A stretch of 64,000 bases of DNA from Candidatus Kapaibacterium sp. (lineage in GTDB: Bacteria; Bacteroidota; Ignavibacteria; Kapaibacteriales; UBA2268). The DNA lies in NCBI GenBank assembly GCA_963664875.1, contig OY761611.1, positions 2,528,001 to 2,592,000 on the forward strand. Reading direction: 5' to 3'. The translations under genes and the position numbers were made by a program. Position 1 is the stretch's first letter, and each line of letters starts with the position of its first letter. The notes beneath the pieces are model-generated. The model did not search any database, was not told where the DNA came from, and saw nothing but the letters and a program-made list of their open reading frames with translations. Shown one piece after another: positions 20,073 through 30,500 of the stretch.

Positions 20073-21230
20073 ATGAGAACTGTTCTTGCTTTTTTATTTG
20101 CATTCCTAATTTACCAAGCTACGTATGCAGAAAACTGTAATTCTTGTTCCGGATGCGACGCTTTCCCGAAAGCCGCTTCGGTAGAATCAACTACAGAGAG
20201 CGGGAACGGTTCTTCCCTAAATGCTCCTGACTCAGATGACGAATTTCAGTCTATAGAGGACGAACAGGCAAATTCTACAAACAACTCAGAAGAAGACTTT
20301 GAAGAGTTTAGCGAAGAAGAATTTGCTGAATTAGACAGTCAGGCAGAAATTGCTGATGATGCTTCTGAGAAGAAAGCAAATCACCTTCAGGTAAGGCTTA
20401 ATTGGGCTTTATTTGCTTTATTTCTGACGGCACTTGCAGGCGTGTTTGTTCGCTATAGAGCTCTCCGCAAAACAAGAAACATATTTTTGCTATCCACACT
20501 GATTTTGTATGGTTTTTATAACGGTGGATGTCCATGTCCTATCTCATCTTTTCAGGAAATTTTCCTTTTAGGTTTCGGGGTAGATATTCCGTGGCAAAAT
20601 CTAATTTGGTTTTTAGGATTGATACCTCTTACATATTTATTCGGCAAAACATGGTGTGGCTGGATATGCCATCTTGGAGCATTCCAAGAATTCCTTTTCA
20701 AATCGAACAAACTTGAGATATTCAAATCGGCAAAATCTCAAACTATCCTAAAATGGGTAAGAATTGCAGCTCTTATAGCTTTGATTGTGCAACTTGCAAT
20801 AACAAAGACAAACTGGTTTTGTGCCATAGATCCTTTCAAAGCTGCTTTTAATATGCTGGCATTTTACGATTTCACATGGTATTTGCTTGGTTTGCTCTTG
20901 ATTAGCTCACTTTTTATCTACCGTCCGTTTTGCAAGACGGTTTGTCCAATCGGATTGGTTTTTGGGTGGGTGCAGTATATTCCAGGTGCATCAGTTCTTG
21001 CTGTAAAGAAAGACTCCTGCTCTTCTTGCAAAAGCTGCGACAAAGCATGTGAGCTGAACGCAATTACCCGAACCGACAATATTTCTGTAATTGACAACTC
21101 TGAATGTATGGCTTGTGGTGACTGCATAGATTCCTGCAAAAAAGACTCACTTACATTTGCAAGAAAATCTAAAAACAATCCTGCAATAGTTCAATGCACA
21201 AACAAAGAATTTGTTGATTTGAAGGTATAA
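20073..21230 (+). CDS. 4Fe-4S binding polytopic membrane protein (NapH/MauN/YccM-like)
   Basis: WCGWICH, FCKTVCP, two CxxCxxCxxxC ferredoxin motifs, TM helices. Confidence 0.85.
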   Translation: MRTVLAFLFAFLIYQATYAENCNSCSGCDAFPKAASVESTTESGNGSSLNAPDSDDEFQSIEDEQANSTNNSEEDFEEFSEEEFAELDSQAEIADDASEKKANHLQVRLNWALFALFLTALAGVFVRYRALRKTRNIFLLSTLILYGFYNGGCPCPISSFQEIFLLGFGVDIPWQNLIWFLGLIPLTYLFGKTWCGWICHLGAFQEFLFKSNKLEIFKSAKSQTILKWVRIAALIALIVQLAITKTNWFCAIDPFKAAFNMLAFYDFTWYLLGLLLISSLFIYRPFCKTVCPIGLVFGWVQYIPGASVLAVKKDSCSSCKSCDKACELNAITRTDNISVIDNSECMACGDCIDSCKKDSLTFARKSKNNPAIVQCTNKEFVDLKV

Positions 21231-21345
21231 TAGTTGTAGTAGGATTCCAATATTACTTCTTACCACAAAAAGTAGAATGACTCCCAATTACACATGTAGT
21301 TTGGTCACTTAATTGTTGTAGTTATTCTTATATATGTAATAACAC

Positions 21346-21741
21346 TTACATATTAATGTATTCTACATACATGCACTTGTTTTGGATAAATGCAATATCG
21401 TTTTTCAAAGCCAGAGCTTTAGCTTCTTCGTTTTCTATGCCGAGTTGTAACCATATTAGTCGGATATCGCCTTTGAGATGTTTTCTTTCTACAGCTTCTT
21501 TTACAACATCAAGAGCTTCTTCGGATGGACGAAAGACATTTAGTATATCTATTTGTTCGGGGATGTCAATTAGTTTACGGTAAACTTTCAGACCACCAAT
21601 ATCTTCTGCGGTTGGATTTATCGGAAAAATATTATAACCTTGCTTATGCATAAACATTGGTACAGTATGTGATGGCTTGGCTGCATTTGCACTCATTCCA
21701 TACACAGCAATATTTTTGTATTTTTCTAAATAATCATTCAT
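21346..21741 (-). CDS. CoA-binding protein (YccU-like)
   Basis: IAVYGMS, PINP, DILNVFR, IWLQLGI, NKCM. Confidence 0.9.
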   Translation of the reverse strand: MNDYLEKYKNIAVYGMSANAAKPSHTVPMFMHKQGYNIFPINPTAEDIGGLKVYRKLIDIPEQIDILNVFRPSEEALDVVKEAVERKHLKGDIRLIWLQLGIENEEAKALALKNDIAFIQNKCMYVEYINM

Positions 21742-21746
21742 TTTAT

Positions 21747-21782
21747 GCCTCGTATTCCGTGGGTTAGCCTCGTATTCCGTGG
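21747..21782. repeat. 16-bp direct repeat with 20-bp period
   Basis: GCCTCGTATTCCGTGG at 21747-21762 and 21767-21782. Confidence 0.9.
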
Positions 21783-22019
21783 CTATAAATATTCGTGAGA
21801 TGTAGCTTTTTACAAAAATTGTTTATTTTTCTTAAAATCGGGACGTTTGTTAAGTCGTTGTATTACAGTCATTTGTCAAATGAGTTAACAGTAACCTAAA
21901 ATTATAATTTGACAATAGAGAAGATTACAGCATGATACTGCCACAAACAAGCCACGAACAGCCAATTTGACAGTGTGCCATTATGACATGTTCAGTCAAG
22001 CGCTGTTTTGGGTGTAAAT

Positions 22020-22052
22020 AAAAAAAGGGCAAACATTTAGTCTGCCCTAAAA
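22020..22052 (-). terminator. Intrinsic terminator of the ECF sigma gene
   Basis: AGGGCA..TGCCCT stem with an A-run on the + strand. Confidence 0.65.
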
Positions 22053-22077
22053 ATGACGTATTATATAAAAAACAATT

Positions 22078-22722
22078 TTAGTTGTCGTTTACAGATTGGT
22101 ATAATTCTTTAAGTTTTTTGCGAAGGTGAAGTACTGCATATCTTTTTCTTGCCAAAAGAGTATTGATATTTACTCCTGTTTCTTCTGACATCTCTCTAAA
22201 AGAAACGCCTTCGAACTCATTTCTGACAAATACTTCTCTCTGTTCGTCAGGCAACTCTGATAGGCCTGCCTGCACAGATTCCCAGATAGTTTTACGCAAT
22301 AAATCATTTTCAGGTGATGCTGAGTAGTCCCCCAAGAAATTTTCAAATGCATCTACGCCGTCTTCAGCCTGACCGGGTGTCTGCATGTCGGAGAATGTTT
22401 CTGCTCTTTTCTTTCTGTAAGAATCGATAATACGGTTTCTGACAGCAGTAAAGACCCATGATGCGATGTTTTCGATAGGTTTCTGCACGTTGGCAGATGC
22501 TGCTAAAACATTAGTAAATACATCCTGTAATATGTCTTCTGCTTCCTCTTGGCTGCGGACTCTCTGTCTGATAAAACCCAAGAATTTTTTTCTGTCGGTT
22601 TTAAAGAGATTTTCAATTTGTAAAGCAAGTTCCATATTACCACTCCCGCTAATAGCTGCAAGCTCGTTATTGTCTTCTGTCTCGATAACGTTTTGTTCTA
22701 TCAAATTCAAGTTTTCCGTCAT
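22078..22722 (-). CDS. ECF-type sigma-70 factor
   Basis: AEDILQDVF, SWVFTAVRNRIIDSYRK, LPDEQREVF...SFREMS..TG.NINTLLARKRYA. Confidence 0.92.
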   Translation of the reverse strand: MTENLNLIEQNVIETEDNNELAAISGSGNMELALQIENLFKTDRKKFLGFIRQRVRSQEEAEDILQDVFTNVLAASANVQKPIENIASWVFTAVRNRIIDSYRKKRAETFSDMQTPGQAEDGVDAFENFLGDYSASPENDLLRKTIWESVQAGLSELPDEQREVFVRNEFEGVSFREMSEETGVNINTLLARKRYAVLHLRKKLKELYQSVNDN

Positions 22723-23126
22723 GATGAGTCTCCTATCCCTGATTTAAGTTCTGAACTTTTAAGCTACCAGTCTGATTTATTTTATAATAATTAGTGACAT
22801 ATTGTCATAGGTGCTTTGTTATATATCTAATATTGAAATTATTGTGCCAATTTTTCTTATTATATACAATAAATTCAAATCTCTCTCTATTATACTCTAA
22901 AATATCCTAATATCCTAATAATTTTTAAAATATCGGGAATTTTGAGGCTATTCGTGCCCCCTTTATCAAATAACACACTTATTGGGAAAAAGTATCAAAT
23001 TATTTTCATTTAGTTGAAAAATTTTACTCTATAAGATTTGTTTGTGTGTGCCATTTGTTTTTTTTATATCCTTATATATTATTATATTCAAAAAAGGGAT
23101 TTGCACATAATCTGAGAAATTTAGTT

Positions 23127-23750
23127 ATGAAACAACATATTTTCATGCTTATCTGCTTAGCACTGATTGCCAATGCCTGTAGTTTCAGTATTAAGTCTGA
23201 GTATCCCGAAATAAAATATTATGACATGACTGACAATAATTTGTCTTCAAAAAAAATCGAAAATTCAATTCCTTACAGTATTTATATCAGGCCATTTTCT
23301 TCTCTATCTCAGTTTGATACTGATCAGATGATTGAAAAAAGAGATGGCAACAAAATCCATAGATTTTATTACCACCGATGGATAGAAGATTTCTCTGATT
23401 TATTTCGCAATATTACTATTGCAGAACTTAAACGCTCTGAGATTGCCGGTAAAGGTGTTGTTGATAATGCACTTATGTTTGGCAATCCGGAATTGATAAT
23501 TGATGCACAGATACTAGATGCCATGGCATATAATATCGACGAAACAGATAATTACTCGGCGGTGCTTGAAATTGAGTTTACTGTTTCAAAATACGCAGAA
23601 AATAACCAGACAAATATATTAATAAAAAAAATCTATAAAGAATCAGTCAAACGAAACGGTAGTGAAGCCTCCACAATCAATTCTGCTTTTGCGGTGGCGT
23701 CACATAACATTATTTCGCAACTGCTTGATGACTTAACCAATTTAAAATAG
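23127..23750 (+). CDS. PqiC-like ABC-transport auxiliary lipoprotein (start MKQHIF)
   Basis: Lipobox ANAC; IKYY, FYYHRW, and C-terminal AF..A...I...L pattern. Confidence 0.65.
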   Translation: MKQHIFMLICLALIANACSFSIKSEYPEIKYYDMTDNNLSSKKIENSIPYSIYIRPFSSLSQFDTDQMIEKRDGNKIHRFYYHRWIEDFSDLFRNITIAELKRSEIAGKGVVDNALMFGNPELIIDAQILDAMAYNIDETDNYSAVLEIEFTVSKYAENNQTNILIKKIYKESVKRNGSEASTINSAFAVASHNIISQLLDDLTNLK

Positions 23751-23757
23751 GAAAAAA

Positions 23758-24507
23758 ATGGAATATTCTTTACATCATGAGCATTTTAGAGAAATATCTT
23801 CAACCAACGATTACGCAAAAGAGCTATTAGAAAAGCATCCTCTTGTTCTTGTTACTGCTGACTATCAGACCAGCGGAAGAGGTCGAAACCAACACAAGTG
23901 GGAAGGAGATTATGGTCTTAACGTGTACGCATCTTTGGGCATAAATCACGAAAACGGACCTCTTGCTTTGGATAATATAGCTATGTATCAAATATTGGCA
24001 TGCCTTGCTACCAAATCTGTCTTGCAAAGGCTTACAAATTTTGATTCTTTTCAGCTAAAGTACCCAAATGATGTTTATGCTAAAACAGACGGCGTTTATA
24101 AGAAAATATCAGGAATTTTAGCTGAGCACTCTTTTTTAGGAGCTTCCTGCACAAGAACTGTAATCGGCATCGGAATCAATAACGAACAGGAAGATTTTGA
24201 AGATCTTTCTTCTACAGCTACTTCACTGTCTTTACTTGGCTATAAAATTGACAATGTAGAGCTAACAAATATGCTCGCATCAAAATTGATTGATTTTCTT
24301 AACGTCAATCATATTGATATATTCAATCAATGGCAAAAAGAATTAAAAATAGTAGGCAAGACTGCTAAGCTAATAAATAACGGCGAATTTGTAGTTATCC
24401 ATAGAATTTTGCCTGACGGTCGATTGTTAGCACTATCTACTGCAACAAACGAAGAAAAAATAATTGATAATGGCGATTCAATAAGGTATAATCTTGAACC
24501 TTTCTAA
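23758..24507 (+). CDS. birA: Biotin--protein ligase, lacking the N-terminal HTH
   Basis: SSTND, QTSGRGR, LKYPNDV, KKISGIL, IGIGIN. Confidence 0.93.
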   Translation: MEYSLHHEHFREISSTNDYAKELLEKHPLVLVTADYQTSGRGRNQHKWEGDYGLNVYASLGINHENGPLALDNIAMYQILACLATKSVLQRLTNFDSFQLKYPNDVYAKTDGVYKKISGILAEHSFLGASCTRTVIGIGINNEQEDFEDLSSTATSLSLLGYKIDNVELTNMLASKLIDFLNVNHIDIFNQWQKELKIVGKTAKLINNGEFVVIHRILPDGRLLALSTATNEEKIIDNGDSIRYNLEPF

Positions 24508-25249
24508 ATACATAGCGTTTGATATTGGCAATTCACGACTGAAAGCCTTTGACGGCACTGAACTGATTGCTTTAGAATACGGTCAAAGTTGCGTAAGCGA
24601 ACTTAAGGAGTATCTGCATAGTTTTGATAATGTTTATGTTAATGCTGCCCTTTCTTCGGTTAACAGTTCAAAAAAAGATGTTTTTCTTGAATTGATAAAG
24701 GATTTGGATAGCTTTAATATTGTGAGTGCAGAAGAGCTTCTCGCAGAATATGCAACTTTTGAATATAAGCATATTATTGGAATCGGTACCGACAGGCTGC
24801 TTGGTCTTCAGGGAGCGTTGCAGGTTTCTCCGGCACCGCTGATTACAATAGACTGTGGGACAGCTATAACAGTGAATTGCATCAATAAAGATAATATCTG
24901 CGTTGGTGGAGCTATAATGCCGGGTGCTTTTACTCAGCTATCGTCTCTGTCTGAACACACAGATTTGTCTGTTCCCCGCGACTTAAACAAAACACCCGGA
25001 GCAGGCAAATGTACTAATGATGCCATACTTTCAGGAGTGGTGCATGGTATCTCCGGAGCTATCGAAAAAATAACAGGTCTGATTATCAAAGAAGAGCTCA
25101 ATGGAGAAATACCGGAGATTTTTCTGACAGGTGGATATGCTAAAGAAATTGAAATGCTTTTGAATCTGCCTCATGTTAGGCGCAATGATTTGCTTGTTCT
25201 CCGTGGGCTGTATCACCTCTTAAGAAAACATACTGAAAAGCGCGGTTAA
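24494..25249 (+). CDS. coaX: Type III pantothenate kinase
   Basis: DIGNSRLK, GTDR, IDCGTAITV, GGAIMPG, LTGG. Confidence 0.93.
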   Translation: MNLSKYIAFDIGNSRLKAFDGTELIALEYGQSCVSELKEYLHSFDNVYVNAALSSVNSSKKDVFLELIKDLDSFNIVSAEELLAEYATFEYKHIIGIGTDRLLGLQGALQVSPAPLITIDCGTAITVNCINKDNICVGGAIMPGAFTQLSSLSEHTDLSVPRDLNKTPGAGKCTNDAILSGVVHGISGAIEKITGLIIKEELNGEIPEIFLTGGYAKEIEMLLNLPHVRRNDLLVLRGLYHLLRKHTEKRG

Positions 25250-25404
25250 AATGCTTTAAAGCAACCGCGTTTTTTACAATAAGAATGTCTCTATCCCTTC
25301 CCCCGCTTGAGATAAATCTATATTCCATATTAGGACTTTCCGAAAAAAAATTGCTTTTGTTATTTTAATTCAAGGAATTATATTTGCAGCCAAAGGAGTC
25401 TGAC

Positions 25405-25998
25405 ATGAGCTTATACAATAAAGTACGTGCCGTAAATGCTGTCTTTAATTCTCTTTTAAAAGAAACCCGCCAATTCTCAGAAAAGAGCGGAATGCAGTGT
25501 CCGATAGGCTGCTCAAAATGTTGCCTGAAAGAAGATATCGAAGCAACACCTCTGGAATTTTTACCTTTTGCTTATGACTTATATAAGCAGGATAAACTTT
25601 TCACATTTCTTGATAGGATGGAGAATATGCCGACTGATGGCAGGTGCATACTTTACAACCCAATGCAATCCTTGAGCGAGCCCGGTGCATGTGCAGACTA
25701 TAAAAACAGAGGTCTTATTTGCAGACTATTCGGATATTCTGCTACTTACAACAAAGCAGGAGTAAAGCAAGTAGTAACCTGCCAAACTATGAAAAACATC
25801 AACGCTGAGCATTTTACTGTCATCAGCAATAAAATAAACAGTGGGATGAAAATTCCAATGATGAGAGATTACTATCTGAAACTATACAGCATAGACAGCA
25901 ACCTCTCCATGAAGCATTATCCGATAAATACAGCCATCAAAAAGGCAGTGGAATATGTGGCTACATATTATATCTACAGAACAAAAAAGGTAATTTGA
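25405..25998 (+). CDS. YkgJ-family Cys-cluster (Zn/Fe-chelating) protein
   Basis: CPIGCSKCC, C..Y..RGLICRLFG; AAGGAG RBS before the ATG at 25405. Confidence 0.85.
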   Translation: MSLYNKVRAVNAVFNSLLKETRQFSEKSGMQCPIGCSKCCLKEDIEATPLEFLPFAYDLYKQDKLFTFLDRMENMPTDGRCILYNPMQSLSEPGACADYKNRGLICRLFGYSATYNKAGVKQVVTCQTMKNINAEHFTVISNKINSGMKIPMMRDYYLKLYSIDSNLSMKHYPINTAIKKAVEYVATYYIYRTKKVI

Positions 25999-26049
25999 GC
26001 CTTATTTTTCGAAGAACATGTTACTTACAGCTATCTTTTACAGCTTAGT

Positions 26050-27507
26050 CTATGTTAGAATCTTTATCGGTAAAATTAGTTCTATTTCGACTCCCTTGGA
26101 ATCTTTACGATTATAAAGGCTAAATGTGCCGCCTGCTTCCCAAATGTATGACGCAATTGTAGAAAGTCCAATGCCTACTCCGGGGGTTTCTCCCGTAAAA
26201 TACTTTTCTCCCTGATAGTAAGGTCGCCATGCGTTTTCTAACTGCTCAGGTGATAAATTTATCCCATCATCTCCAAAAACTATCGCTATGGAGTCTTCTG
26301 TTTTGCTAAGTTGAAGATAGCATTTAGGATTATGTTCCGGATGAAATTTTTTGGCATTTAGTGCAAGCTCGTTTGTTATCCATCTGAAGGCAGAAGAGCT
26401 CAGAGTGAATGAGTAATCCATGACTCCCTGCAATCCCAATATATCAACCGGCTGCAAGCTGTGTTCTTTCGCAATCTGTTCGAGCATATCGGGCAAACTC
26501 TCAAAGTCGAATATCTCTCCGTAGCTTTTAGCTGTAGTCGGATTAGTAACATAGTTGACAATGGATTCGATTTGCGAATTGAGTCTGTTGAAAGAAGTTC
26601 TTGCATTGTTTATCAATTCTATAATTTCTTCGCGACTCATCTCGTCGCCAAAGTTTCCAATAAGCTCGAACACACCGGATAGGCTATTCATCGGAGTTCT
26701 CAGCTTATGCAATATCAGCCCGTGGAATGTGCGTTCTATTCTGCTTTCTTGTATTTGTTTTGTTACATCAGTCAGCACTATCAATCTCTGTTCGCTGACT
26801 CTGGCTGGTGATTTGTAAAATAAAAATTGTAGCCACTGTGCCGAGTTAGTGTCAGTTTCCGGCAGCACCAAATATAGATCAGGAAAGTTAGCTTCATCGA
26901 AAGATTCGAATTTTTCCCATCTATCATGAGGCTCTTTGTTAAACTTGAGATCTACCAAATCAAAAAAATTCAAATTGGAAATATCACTCTCTTCCCTTAT
27001 GTCTAAGTAATTTCTTGCCTTTTTATTTAAGAAGAGAATATTATTGTTTTTATCAACAACCAACATTGCATTGAGTGTGTTGTCGATTACCCAGTCAAGT
27101 TTTTTACGTTCTGCTATAATTTTTCTATACCTATTCAATCTGGTGATAGTTTTAATTCTCATCTCTAATTCAGCAAGGTTGAAAGGCTTATTGATAAAAT
27201 CATCTGCTCCGGATTCGATTCCCTGCAACCGAGACTCTTGGTCATCTAACATAGAAACCATCAGCACAGGCAATTCTTTTAGCTTATCATTTTCTCTAAT
27301 CTTTTTGCATACTTCAAACCCATTCATCCCGGGCATCATCACATCTAATAGTACCAAATCAGGCACTTGTTTTTCCAATTTTTCCAGTGCTTCAAATCCG
27401 TTTTCTGCAAATTCCAAATCATAGCCGGAATCAGAAAGTAATTGGTCCAATACGATTCTCCCGGCTTCCGAATCATCTACTATCAAAATCGTGCTTCTGT
27501 ATTCCAT
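26050..27507 (-). CDS. Hybrid response regulator / histidine kinase (REC-PAS-like-HisKA-HATPase)
   Basis: ILIVDD, LLDVMMPGMNG, FINKPF; HKLRTP; NAKKF; GIGL. Confidence 0.88.
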   Translation of the reverse strand: MEYRSTILIVDDSEAGRIVLDQLLSDSGYDLEFAENGFEALEKLEKQVPDLVLLDVMMPGMNGFEVCKKIRENDKLKELPVLMVSMLDDQESRLQGIESGADDFINKPFNLAELEMRIKTITRLNRYRKIIAERKKLDWVIDNTLNAMLVVDKNNNILFLNKKARNYLDIREESDISNLNFFDLVDLKFNKEPHDRWEKFESFDEANFPDLYLVLPETDTNSAQWLQFLFYKSPARVSEQRLIVLTDVTKQIQESRIERTFHGLILHKLRTPMNSLSGVFELIGNFGDEMSREEIIELINNARTSFNRLNSQIESIVNYVTNPTTAKSYGEIFDFESLPDMLEQIAKEHSLQPVDILGLQGVMDYSFTLSSSAFRWITNELALNAKKFHPEHNPKCYLQLSKTEDSIAIVFGDDGINLSPEQLENAWRPYYQGEKYFTGETPGVGIGLSTIASYIWEAGGTFSLYNRKDSKGVEIELILPIKILT

Positions 27508-27555
27508 TTGTTATTCCAGTTAAGTTGAATGCTCATATAAAAAAACGTTAGTGAT

Positions 27556-30500
27556 TTATCTTGATTTTAAATAAGATTGAATTCGCTCAATAAGCACTAT
27601 CATGCTTATTGGCTTGCTCAAATAATCATTGGCTCCGGCATCGAGTATTTTCTTTCTGTCCCCTGGCATAGCAAGTGCAGTAAGGGCAATTATAGGGATG
27701 TCTCGGAACTCATCGGAAGTTTTTAAAAATTCTATGGCTTCAAATCCATTCATCTTCGGCATCTGAATATCCATCAAAATCAAATCAGGACGATGCTCAT
27801 GTACCCATTCGATTGCTTCCTGGCCGTTGCGTGCAATTATGATTTTGTATTTATTCATAGTCAAAAATGCTTCAATGGTCTCAATATTTGCTTCGTTGTC
27901 TTCTGCCAGGAGAATAGTAAATTGCTTATCTTTGTCGTTTTGGAATGCATCCATAAACTGCACCCCGTAAGTCTCGCATAATGCTTTCCTTACTTTGTTT
28001 GCAGTTATAGGCTTGCCTATAAAGGCATCTGCTCCGACGACCGATGCTTTTTCGAGCTCTTTGCCCATAGAAGCCATTATTATTTTGATATCTTTGGTCC
28101 TGAAGTCATTTTTTATTATTGCCATTATCTCCCAAGCAGAGCGGTGCTTAATCGTTGAGTCAATAATAATTAGGTGAGGCTGGATTTCCATCACATCATT
28201 TATACCTTTGCTGTCATCGTCAAATCTATATATGTGAGCGGTTCTTTCATGTAGTACATTGGATATTACATTATAATCGCTTTGGCTTTCCGTAATGACT
28301 ATAACAGTTCTATCTTGCATACATGATATATCATAATCCAAATCTTCTTCATATTCAATTATATCCGGATTTTTAGAAGGCATAGCAACTATAAAACGAC
28401 TTCCTTCTCCTAATTGACTTTGCACTTCTATACTACCGCCATGGAGCTCTACCATTTTAGCAACTAAAGACAGCCCCAATCCCGAACCTTCAAATTCTCT
28501 GGAAAGAGCACTGTCTAACTGGACAAATGGTTTGAATAGCGACTTCATATCTCTTTCAGGTATTCCTATTCCATTGTCCCAAACTTCAAACAAAATTGTG
28601 TGTTTATCTTGAGATGGTGTTACAGTGAGTCCAATTTCTTTGCCTGCCGGAGTAAACTTAACAGCATTGCTTAGCAGATTTATCAATATTTGACGCAATC
28701 GGCGGGTATCTGCCCATACCTGCAAATTTTTGTCACTATGATCATAATGAACTTTGATAGATTTTTTATTTGCAGTTTCAGATATAAAACGCAATGAAGA
28801 GACACAAATCGGATCTATCAGAACGTTCTCTTTTAATAAGTCCAGTTTGCCTGCTTCAATTTTCGACAAATCAAGTATATCGTTTATCAGGGAAAGCAAG
28901 TGCTGCCCGCTTTCGTTGATAGTTTTGAAAGACTTTTGCTGCTTTTCATTTATATTTCCCTGTAGCTGATATTGAAGTATTTCTGATAACCCCAATATCG
29001 CATTCAGAGGAGTACGCAGTTCATGGCTCATATTTGCAAGAAATTCATCTTTCGCTCGCACCGCTTTTGAAAGCTCAGCGTTCAGAGCACTTAGCTCTTC
29101 TGTCCTTTCAATTACTCTTTCTGCAAGGAAAGTTCTTTCTTCTTCCAACGCCTCTTCTGCTTTTTTTCTGCCGGTGATATTGGAAATAAAAAGTAATATC
29201 ATTATTTTATTATCCCAATTTACCTTGTTTGCATTTATGTTTACCCATTTGATATTGTTGTTAGAATCTACAAGTCGTACATCATGCTTTTGGTGGAGGA
29301 AGTTTTTATCTTTTGTATGAGTTAGTTTGAAAACCGTCTCTTTGTCTGCATCAAATATCATATCAATAAACTTGCGGTTATTCACTTGGAAGTTGGAATA
29401 ACCGGTAAGCTGTTCAAATGCCGGATTAGCGAAAAGGATAGTCTCATAGTTTAACATAATAATGCCTTCTGTGGCATTCTCGAAAATTTGCCTGTATTTG
29501 GTCTCGCTCTTTAAGATTTCTTCCTGGCTTTTCTTGACGGCAGTTACATCTCGCTTGATGGCTACATAATTTGTAATAATATTTAGCTCGTTGAATACCG
29601 GCACAATAGTCATTTCTTCGTAGTAAAAGTCTCCGTTTTTGCGTTTGTTAACCAAAGTGCCTTGCCAGTTTTTACCCATCAAAATATCTTCCCACATTGC
29701 CTTGTAAAACTCCGGAGTTTGCAAACCTGATTTGAGAACTCTAAGGTTTTTGCCGGTAATTTCTTCTATGGTATAGCCGGTTATCATCTCGAAAGCATTA
29801 TTTGCATATTCGACTTCCCCGAAGAGATTCGTTATACAAAAAGCATCATAACTTTTTTCGATACCTAATTTCAATTTCTTAGCATTGCTTTCAACTCTTT
29901 TTTGTTCTGTGATATCATAGATAAATACATATATATCTATCAAACCTCGTTCGTTTTCGGTTTTTAGTAAATTGATATATGCGGCAATGGGCTTTCCGGA
30001 GCGGCTCACAAAAGGACGCTCGCCACTGTGGTCTGTGCCGCTGTTGATAAAGTTTTGATGTAGTCTTTCGTAAATAGGTTTTTGTTTTTCGGGATAGAGT
30101 TTTAAAAACGAAGTCCCCTCAAGCTCACCTTTTGCATATTCGAATATCTGAAGCATTTGTGGGTTGGCTTCTTCTATTACATTTTTATTGCTGATTTTTG
30201 CGATTCCAATAGGAGCAATATCAACCATCTTTCTGAGTTTTTGTTGTGAAATCAGCAAGTTGGATTCTATTGTCTTTCTTTCTTTAATTTCAGATTCTAA
30301 AAGTTCAGTACGTTTTGCTATTCGAGATTCCAAATCTGTATTTAATTCTTTTATTTTCATATTGATGCTTCTGCGGTTGATTGCAGCTCCCATTACGTTT
30401 GCAGCAGACTGAAGTGCATCTAATTCCCCATGTGACCAGAAATTCTCTTCATCAATTTTACCAATTTTAATAACACCCCATAGTGTTTCATCTACCATAA

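Noticed and set aside
23758-25249. birA-coaX overlap as a novel fusion
   Set aside because: Separate frames with a short overlap; this pairing is well known
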